The translations under genes and the position numbers were made by a program. This document shows positions 7,837 to 13,931 of a stretch of DNA of 15,004 nucleotides, in pieces. The DNA is from an uncultured Candidatus Rokubacteria bacterium (GTDB taxonomy: Bacteria > Methylomirabilota > Methylomirabilia > Rokubacteriales > CSP1-6). How positions within the stretch are numbered: position 1 is the stretch's first letter; the number at the start of each line of letters is the position of its first letter. The notes beneath the pieces were generated by a model. The model was not told where the DNA came from and did not search any database. It worked only from the letters and a program-made list of their open reading frames with translations. The stretch lies in assembly GCA_963747235.1 (NCBI GenBank), contig CAVVEU010000007.1, positions 1-15,004 on the forward strand, read 5' to 3'.

Positions 7837-9381
7837 ATGGCCTGGGACGAGCGGATGAAGGATTTCCACACCCGGCGCGCGAAGGCGCGCGCCATGGGCG
7901 GGCCCGAGCGGCTGGCGCGCCGCCGGGACGCGGGCACGCTCAATGCGCGCGAACGGGTGGAGCGTCTGCTCGACGCGGGCTCGTTTCTCGAGGTCGGCAC
8001 GTTCGACACCTCCGACGTCCCCGGCATGGAGGCCGAGACCCCGGCCGACTCGAAGGTGGGTGGGCTCGGCCGCATCGATGGCCGTCCGGTGGTGGTGTGC
8101 TCCAACGACTTCACGGTGCTGGCCGCCACGTCGAGCCGCGTGGCCTCGCACAAGGAGGCGGAGCTCAAGCGCATGGCCGCGCGCCGGGGCATGCCGATCG
8201 TCTACCTGGCCGAGGCGGGCGGCGCGCGCATGCCGGACATCATGGGCTCCGCGGGCATCGCCTCCTTCGGCAACTCCACCTACTACGGCACGCGCCGGCG
8301 CCGCGTGCCCATGGTGACCGCGGTGCTCGGGCAGGCCTACGGGCTGCCGACGTGGAACGCCTGCCTCTCCGACTTCGTGGTGATGCTCGAGGGCGCCTCG
8401 ATGGCGGTCTCCGGCCCGCGCGTGCTCGAACTGGCCACCGGCGAGAAGATCTCGGCCGAGGAGCTGGGCGGCGCGAAGGCGCACGCCGAGGAGACGGGCT
8501 TCGCCGACGTCGTCGGCAAGACGGAAGACGAGTGCTTCGCCCTCGTGAAGCGCTTCCTCTCCTACCTGCCCTCGCACAACCGGCAGGCGCCGCCGGTGGC
8601 GGAGGTGCCCGCGGGCTCGGGCGCCGAGATGGGCACGATCGCGGACCTGGTGCCCGAAGCGCGCAACCGCGCCTACGACATGACGCGGGTCCTGCGGCGG
8701 CTGGCCGACGGCGGCGAAATCTTCCAGGTCAAGGAGCGGTTCGGCCGGAGCCTGATCACCGCGCTCGCCCGCATGGACGGACACGTGGTGGGGTTCGTGG
8801 CCAGCCAGCCCATCCAGAAGGGCGGCGCCTGCGACGCCGACGGCTGCGACAAGGCCATCTCGTTCCTCGCGCTCTGCGACTCGTTCAACATCCCGCTCGT
8901 CTTCCTGCACGACGTGCCCGGCTTCTTCATCGGGCGCGACGCCGAGCGCAAGCGCGTGGCGGGCAAGATCATCACCTGGATGGACGCGCTCGGCATGGTC
9001 TCGGTGCCGCGCGTGTCCATCATCGTGCGGAAGACCTACGGCCAGGCCTACTTCAACATGGGCGGCGGCGGGTATGCGGATCTGCTGGTGGCGTGGCCGA
9101 CGGCGGAGATGTCCTTCATGGATCCGGCCACCGGCGTCAACGTGGTCCACGGCGCGGAGCTGGCGAAACTGCCGGCGGCGGAGCGCGCGGCGCGGCGGCA
9201 GGAGCTGCTCGCGCAGTGGGAGCTCGACACGCTTCCCTACGGCGCGGCCGCGCGGCACCTCATCGACGAGGTGATCGACCCCGCCGACACGCGCGACGTC
9301 GTCATCCGCTTCCTCGCCCAGGCGCGCACGCGCTCCGCCATCGGCCGCCACCGCCTGGGCGGCTGGCCGACCAAGTTCTAG
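7837..9381 (+). CDS. Acyl-CoA carboxylase carboxyltransferase (beta) subunit, PccB/MccB-like, 514 aa
   Basis: MGGPERLARR...LNARERVERLLDAGSFLEVG, GRIDGRPV, DFTVLAAT, AGGARMPD, EELGGA, LCDSFNIPLVFLHDVPGF, RKTYGQAY, IDEVIDPADTR. Confidence 0.93.
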   Translation: MAWDERMKDFHTRRAKARAMGGPERLARRRDAGTLNARERVERLLDAGSFLEVGTFDTSDVPGMEAETPADSKVGGLGRIDGRPVVVCSNDFTVLAATSSRVASHKEAELKRMAARRGMPIVYLAEAGGARMPDIMGSAGIASFGNSTYYGTRRRRVPMVTAVLGQAYGLPTWNACLSDFVVMLEGASMAVSGPRVLELATGEKISAEELGGAKAHAEETGFADVVGKTEDECFALVKRFLSYLPSHNRQAPPVAEVPAGSGAEMGTIADLVPEARNRAYDMTRVLRRLADGGEIFQVKERFGRSLITALARMDGHVVGFVASQPIQKGGACDADGCDKAISFLALCDSFNIPLVFLHDVPGFFIGRDAERKRVAGKIITWMDALGMVSVPRVSIIVRKTYGQAYFNMGGGGYADLLVAWPTAEMSFMDPATGVNVVHGAELAKLPAAERAARRQELLAQWELDTLPYGAAARHLIDEVIDPADTRDVVIRFLAQARTRSAIGRHRLGGWPTKF

Positions 9382-9392
9382 GCGCGCCCTCG

Positions 9393-10115
9393 TTGTCGCT
9401 CGCCTGGCTGATCGGCGCGGTGGTCATCGCGGCCGCCTGCTTCGTCCAGGGCCTGGCCGGCTTCGGCATCGGCCTGGTCTCGCTCGCGTTCCTGCCCTTC
9501 CTGATGTCGCCGCAACACGCCATCGTGCTCATCACGCTCTACGCGGCCGTCTTTATCGTGATCATCTTCATCCCGCTGCGCCGCGACTTCACGCTGCACG
9601 GCATGATCGAGCTGGTGGTCGGCACCATCATCGCGACGCCGGTCGGCGTCTGGCTCCTGGCCGAGCTGCCGTCCGATCTGCTGAAGCGCCTGATCGGCCT
9701 GGTGTTGCTGCTGATCGTGGCGCTCGAGTGGCTCGGGCTCTATCCGGAGCGGCTCCGCGGCCGGGGCTGGGGATTCGGCGCCGGGCTCGCGGCCGGCGTG
9801 CTCGGCGGGGCGATCGGCACGCCCGGGCCGCCGGTCATCCTCTACGCGGCGGCCCAGGACTGGAGCCCGCGCACCGTGAAGGCCAACATCCAGGCCTTCC
9901 TGATGATCAACCAGGCCGTGATCCTGCTGGGCTACTGGTGGGCGGGCCTGCTCGATCGGGAAATCTGGCGCCTGACGTGGCTCTTCGCGGCACCCGCGGT
10001 GATCGGGCTCGCGGCGGGCATGCTGCTCTTCAACCGGCTCGACCGGGAGCGGTTCCGCCGCGTGGTATTCGCGGTGCTCCTCGTCTCGGGCCTAGTGCTA
10101 CTGATCCGGGGGTGA
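9393..10115 (+). CDS. Sulfite exporter TauE/SafE family membrane protein, ~240 aa
   Basis: VQGLAGFGIGL and GVLGGAIGTPGPP repeat motifs, about 8 hydrophobic segments. Likely TTG start at 9393, 11 nt after the carboxyltransferase stop; the start position is uncertain. Confidence 0.88.
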   Translation: MSLAWLIGAVVIAAACFVQGLAGFGIGLVSLAFLPFLMSPQHAIVLITLYAAVFIVIIFIPLRRDFTLHGMIELVVGTIIATPVGVWLLAELPSDLLKRLIGLVLLLIVALEWLGLYPERLRGRGWGFGAGLAAGVLGGAIGTPGPPVILYAAAQDWSPRTVKANIQAFLMINQAVILLGYWWAGLLDREIWRLTWLFAAPAVIGLAAGMLLFNRLDRERFRRVVFAVLLVSGLVLLIRG

Positions 10116-10121
10116 GCCGGC

Positions 10122-10919
10122 TCAGAACCGGAAGCCTACCGCGACGCGGAAGTCCACCCACTCCGGCTTCACGTACTGCGCCTGGCGGATGGTGACCTCG
10201 TCACCGGTGCTGGTCAGGCCCGGCGCCGGGACGCGCTTCGACTCGAACTTCGTCCACTCGACGGACGACTCGATGAAGGCGTGCTTGGTCAGGAGGTAGC
10301 GCCCGCCCACCCCGATGCCGAAGCCGTTGAAGGTCGCGCGGCTCGATGGATTCGTGAGCGCGATCGGGCCGGCCAGACCCGCGGTGGAGACGGTGCTCCG
10401 CGTGCTCAGGTCGGCGCGAAGCTGGTGGAAGGAGAAGCGCAGGAACGCGAGCAGGCGGTCCATGACGGTATAGCCCGGCTCGATGGAGACCGACCAGTGG
10501 ATCTCCGGATCCACGATCGTGAACATGACGTAGCCGGTCGGGTTGTCCGCGACACCGGTCGGATTGGCGAATGTCTCCGAGCGCGACTTCATGGTCCATT
10601 TCGGCCGCACGAAGTCCGCCGCGCCGGACAGGCCGAGCGTGAACCTCTCGCCGAGCGCGAGCGTGTAGCCCACTCCCACGAGCGGCATCACGTGGATCTC
10701 GTCGTCACGATTCAGCGAATACGAATCGCCGGTGGCGAAGCCCGGAGGGGCCACGCTGCCCGCGAAGAGATTCGTGTAGTCGTAGCGGACGTCGGAGGCC
10801 GAGAGCCCCTTGGACAGCACGCCGCCGGCGATGAACGAGACACCCTGGAAGGCCTTGGCCTGCGCGAAGGCTGCCGTCGGGGTCAGCAGCGCCGCGATCA
10901 GGAGAAGGATCCACCGCAT
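10122..10919 (-). CDS. Outer-membrane beta-barrel protein (OmpA-like/Omp25-type), 265 aa
   Basis: Sec signal MRWILLLIAALLTPTAAFA|Q, amphipathic strands (VGVGYT, SIEPGY, GFGIGVGGRY), C-terminal VAVGFRF terminal-Phe BAM signature. AGGAGGG SD at 10926-10932. Confidence 0.82.
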   Translation of the reverse strand: MRWILLLIAALLTPTAAFAQAKAFQGVSFIAGGVLSKGLSASDVRYDYTNLFAGSVAPPGFATGDSYSLNRDDEIHVMPLVGVGYTLALGERFTLGLSGAADFVRPKWTMKSRSETFANPTGVADNPTGYVMFTIVDPEIHWSVSIEPGYTVMDRLLAFLRFSFHQLRADLSTRSTVSTAGLAGPIALTNPSSRATFNGFGIGVGGRYLLTKHAFIESSVEWTKFESKRVPAPGLTSTGDEVTIRQAQYVKPEWVDFRVAVGFRF

Positions 10920-10924
10920 GACAT

Positions 10925-10984
10925 GCCCTCCTGGGAGGAGCCCACCGGTGAGAAGCCCACCTGGGAAGAATCTACCTGGTAAGG
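10925..10984. repeat. Four imperfect 15-bp tandem repeats in the beta-barrel leader
   Basis: GCCCTCCTGGGAGGA / GCCCACCGGTGAGAA / GCCCACCTGGGAAGA / ATCTACCTGGTAAGG, read directly from the + strand. Confidence 0.7.
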
Positions 10985-10990
10985 CTAGCA
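10982..10990 (-). promoter_or_regulatory. Candidate extended -10 (TGcTAGCCT) for the beta-barrel gene
   Basis: TGn-TAnnnT on the - strand immediately upstream of the repeat array. No clear -35. Confidence 0.35.
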
Positions 10991-11028
10991 CTCGGGCCGT
11001 CAGCAGACGCTATTTTGCGTGGTTCGTC

Positions 11029-11673
11029 TCAAGTCCTCCGTGAAAGTACGTAGCATCGACGACTCGCATACTCGACGTCTGCGTAAGACTCCCGCTCCAC
11101 GGTCTCGAGAACGTGGAGGCCCGCGTCCTCCAGGCTGGCGGCCATCCGGGCGGGCATCAGGAACCGGAAGTCGAGCGAGACGGGGTGGCCCCAGAGCTCG
11201 TCGCGGTGCACGGTCTCCTCGCCGATGTGGAACGCGACGAACAGGAGCCCGCCCGGCGCGAGCACCCGGTGCAGCTCGCGCAGGGTGGGCGCCATCTCGC
11301 GCTCCTCGAGATGGATGAGCGAGTAGAAGGCAACGAGGCCCGCGAGCGCGCCGTCGGGCAGATCGAGCGCTCGCATGTCGCCGACGCGGAACTCGATCTC
11401 CGGCGAGAGCTTCCGCGCCGCCTCGATCATCCGGGGCGCCAGATCGATGCCGACCATCCGGACGCCCTGCTCGTGGAGGTAGCGAGCCACGTGCCCGGGC
11501 CCGCAGCCGAGATCGGCGACGAGCCCGCGGCCGCGCAGTTCTTCCGCAAACCGGTTCAGCAGGTGCCGGTCGAGCGGCTTGCCGGCCAGCTCGGCGAAGA
11601 GGCGCTCGGTATAGGTCGCGGCGAGCTCGTCGTAGCTTTCGCGAATGCGGGATGCGTCCTCGCGCCTCGCCAC
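11029..11673 (-). CDS. Class I SAM-dependent methyltransferase
   Basis: Motif I VADLGCGPGH, GIDLAPRMI, VGDMRAL, FYSLIHL, LHRVLAPGGLL. GTG start 4 nt after the upstream stop. Confidence 0.92.
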   Translation of the reverse strand: MARREDASRIRESYDELAATYTERLFAELAGKPLDRHLLNRFAEELRGRGLVADLGCGPGHVARYLHEQGVRMVGIDLAPRMIEAARKLSPEIEFRVGDMRALDLPDGALAGLVAFYSLIHLEEREMAPTLRELHRVLAPGGLLFVAFHIGEETVHRDELWGHPVSLDFRFLMPARMAASLEDAGLHVLETVERESYADVEYASRRCYVLSRRT

Positions 11674-11677
11674 GGAG

Positions 11678-12199
11678 CTACCCGGCGGCCCGGCGACGGA
11701 GGAACGCCGTGCCCAGAAGCAGCACCCCGAGCACGCCGCTGAGGACGCACCCGACGTGAAGGACGCCGGGAGCGATGAGACCCAGCAGCGCGTTGGCCCC
11801 CGAAAACGGCGCGAGCGGCTGCATGTCCGAATGCATGATGCTATCCAGGAAGGCGTGACTGTAGGTCCCCACGAACGCGCCGACGAGGGCGGCGGGCCAT
11901 GAGATGAGCTTCGGACCGCGCAACCAGGTCTCGAACGCCGCGTCAGGCTTGGGAGCCCAGCGGTCCAGCAAAGCCTGACAGATCGGACGCCCGACCGCCG
12001 CCGACACCAGGCCGATCAGCGTCGCCCCGAGATGGGTGTGGACGAACCCGTGGAGGACGACATCGTCCCGGATCATCCGCACGATCGGCTCGATGTCCAT
12101 CGCGACCTGGCTGAAGCCGAAGACCATCAGGCTGACGTGCCGTCCGCCCAGCGCCTTCACCAGAAGACCCGGGCCCATGTGGAACGGGGTGATCGGCAT
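11678..12199 (-). CDS. Membrane-bound metal-dependent hydrolase (YdjM/DUF4184-like), 173 aa
   Basis: MPITPFH, DIEP, LHGFVHT, SHAFLDSIMHSD metal-ligand pattern with hydrophobic helices. GGGGAG SD at 12206-12211. Confidence 0.78.
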   Translation of the reverse strand: MPITPFHMGPGLLVKALGGRHVSLMVFGFSQVAMDIEPIVRMIRDDVVLHGFVHTHLGATLIGLVSAAVGRPICQALLDRWAPKPDAAFETWLRGPKLISWPAALVGAFVGTYSHAFLDSIMHSDMQPLAPFSGANALLGLIAPGVLHVGCVLSGVLGVLLLGTAFLRRRAAG

Positions 12200-12231
12200 C
12201 GCGGTCTCCCCGAGCCCCGGTGCCCGTCCGC

Positions 12232-12576
12232 CTAGTCCGGCGCCGCCCAGGTATCGGGCCCGTCCGCGCTGCACCGCAGGGCGAGCACCTTGCCGGTCGG
12301 CTCGTGAACGACGACCCGGATCCGGCCGGCCGCGGTCGGGGGCGTCGAGAACTCGAGCCAGACCGCGCCTTCCACCATCTCCGACATCCGCCGGGCAAAG
12401 GGTTGTCCCAGCACGGCCGCGATCTCCGCGAGGCTGGATCCCGGCGGGATGGCCCGGCACCTGGTGAGCTTGTCGTCGCCGCTGGGTAGGTTCCACCGCA
12501 CGTACTCCCCCACCGCGGTGACCGCCGCCAGCGCGACCAGCAGCACCACGCCGACGATCAGCGCGGGTCGGTTCAC
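12232..12576 (-). CDS. Hypothetical membrane-anchored protein, possible BamE/SmpA-like small domain, 114 aa
   Basis: GTG start overlaps the upstream TGA (GTGA). N-terminal TM helix, then GSSLAEIAAVLGQP resembling the G(M/S)SxxEVxxxLGxP motif. Two Cys. Confidence 0.65.
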   Translation of the reverse strand: MNRPALIVGVVLLVALAAVTAVGEYVRWNLPSGDDKLTRCRAIPPGSSLAEIAAVLGQPFARRMSEMVEGAVWLEFSTPPTAAGRIRVVVHEPTGKVLALRCSADGPDTWAAPD

Positions 12577-12995
12577 GCCGCGAGAGCGCGGCCGCGCCAG
12601 GCCAGGACGCGCCGCCCCGCATGGGTCAGCAGCACGTAGCCATAGCCGAACAGCAGAACCAGGATGGAATAGAAGACGAGCACTCCGGCCCACGGCTCCG
12701 CACTCGCGGTCCACCATCGAACCAGGAGGAGGTAGGCCAGGAACGGGGGCAGGAACAGGAAGGGCGCGATCCACGAGACCCGACGATACCGCGCCGCCGG
12801 CTGCCCGGCCAGCCACCAGCACAGGGCGGCCGCGAAGGGAATGTAGGCCGGCCAGGCGATCCCGGAGACGTAGAGCGGGATCGCGACCCGGTCGATCAGG
12901 CCGATCGCCGGATCGTCGCGATAGAAGAGGTGGGCGATGAACGGGATCACGACGGGCAGCGTGCCGGCCCAGCGATAGTAGGTGACCTCTCTCAT
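12573..12995 (-). CDS. Hypothetical integral membrane protein (~4 TM), 140 aa
   Basis: ATG with GAGGGG SD at 12999-13004, four aromatic-rich hydrophobic segments, stop coupled to the next gene. Confidence 0.72.
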   Translation of the reverse strand: MREVTYYRWAGTLPVVIPFIAHLFYRDDPAIGLIDRVAIPLYVSGIAWPAYIPFAAALCWWLAGQPAARYRRVSWIAPFLFLPPFLAYLLLVRWWTASAEPWAGVLVFYSILVLLFGYGYVLLTHAGRRVLAWRGRALAA

Positions 12996-13008
12996 CGTCC
13001 CCTCGCTA

Positions 13009-13147
13009 CCTTGACATGCCGGGCTCGGAAGTGACGAAACTAAAAGATCACCTCATTGCAGCACCTCCGGGTGCGTGGCCAGTATGGCCGACCGGAGGCT
13101 CCGCGCATTGGCCGGCATGGCTTCCAAGCGCGCCGAGCCCGGCAAGG
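13009..13147. repeat. Inverted-repeat-bounded element with three internal hairpins (candidate structured RNA or MITE-like element)
   Basis: Perfect 12-bp IR TGCCGGGCTCGG (13017-13028) / CCGAGCCCGGCA (13133-13144), extendable by CCT/AGG across a 5-nt bulge. Internal stems 13029-13053, 13064-13098 and 13103-13131. Confidence 0.5.
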
Positions 13148-13352
13148 CGGTCGCTCCATTGAACGAACGCTTCCCGCTCCGCCAGCGCCTCGACGCGGGC
13201 CGGGCGCATCTGGAGGAGCCCGGCGCCGACGACGACCGCCGTCCAGGCCCAGAAGGCGAGCGTGAAGGGTCGTGGCTGCACGATCAGGAACGACAGGAGC
13301 AGCACGAGCCAGATGACCGCCGCCCGAGTGAAGACCGCAGCGGGTTGATCAT
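13048..13352 (-). pseudogene. Frameshifted small membrane-protein gene (or sequencing error)
   Basis: ATG 13352 overlaps the upstream TGA (ATGA) and reads MINPLR, then stops at 13284. Adding one G near 13335 (CGG-GTC) restores MINPLRVFTRAAVIWLVLLLSFLIVQPRPFTLAFWAWTAVVVGAGLLQ..., a 2-TM protein with GC3-rich codons ending at 13048. Confidence 0.6.
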
Positions 13353-13861
13353 GAGCGAACCCACATGAACGCGACCCACCCGGCGAACCCGGCCGCCTCG
13401 AGCAGGGTGGCCACGAAGAGCGCGATCCGGGCGGCTCGATTCGGAGCGAAGAGACCCGAGAGAAAAAAGCCCAGGGCGAACAGGGGGGCCACGAGAATCC
13501 TCAGCCCCGCAGGGGCGGACCAGGCATGGAGGAGGGAGCCCGCGGCGGCGGTCTGGGCGGCCACGTAACAGCCGAGAGCCGCGAGGCCGGTGGCTGCGAT
13601 GGCAAGCGCGGCGACGAAGAGGACGAGCCAGAACGCGCGGTACGGTCTGAGGAAGAAGAGCGCGGCGCTGCTTGCCGGGACAGAGGCCACCCCGAACACC
13701 GCGAGGAAGAGGAGGCTGTCGCCGAAGGCGTACATGCCGCTGGATAGTTGCCGGTCGGGCCCGCTCGTGAACGACACGTAGATCGCAACGATCCCGAAGG
13801 ACACCAGGACGGCCGCGACGTATCCGATGGCGATCAGGCCGACCTTGGCGGACGCTCTCAT
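13349..13861 (-). CDS. Hypothetical integral membrane protein (~5 TM), 170 aa
   Basis: MRASAKVGLIAIGYVAAVLVSFGIVAIY... with several hydrophobic helices and an SSGMYAFGD loop. Start is ATG 13861 or the alternative GTG 13903. Confidence 0.75.
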   Translation of the reverse strand: MRASAKVGLIAIGYVAAVLVSFGIVAIYVSFTSGPDRQLSSGMYAFGDSLLFLAVFGVASVPASSAALFFLRPYRAFWLVLFVAALAIAATGLAALGCYVAAQTAAAGSLLHAWSAPAGLRILVAPLFALGFFLSGLFAPNRAARIALFVATLLEAAGFAGWVAFMWVRS

Positions 13862-13931
13862 GCCGGGGCGACGGCCGTACCCGGCGGGGGCGAATTGCGG
13901 CACGATGCCGCCGGTGCCGGACGTCCAACTC

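Noticed and set aside
7746-10115. 789-aa ORF suggesting a large fusion ending in TauE
   Set aside because: The first ~549 codons are an Arg/Gly/Pro-rich shadow frame over the carboxyltransferase. Only the part from about 9393 looks like real protein.
10925-10984. Tandem repeats as a mini-CRISPR array
   Set aside because: Units are 15 bp, contiguous, have no spacers, and no cas genes are present.
11004-11030. ACGC-TATTTT-GCGT hairpin as a terminator for the methyltransferase
   Set aside because: The stem is only about 4 bp and there is no U-tract after it on the - strand.
13011-13016. Perfect TTGACA -35 hexamer on the + strand
   Set aside because: No -10 element at 16-18 bp spacing and no credible + strand gene downstream.
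13029-13060. GACGAAAC resembling a hammerhead ribozyme core
   Set aside because: No CUGANGA box on the same strand, and stem III/UH geometry does not fit.
13009-13147. Possible integron attC site, tRNA or c-di-GMP riboswitch
   Set aside because: No RYYYAAC...GTTRRRY ends, no TTCRA T-loop or CCA with tRNA stem lengths, and no GNRA-tetraloop/receptor GEMM architecture despite a GCCTCCGGTC similarity.
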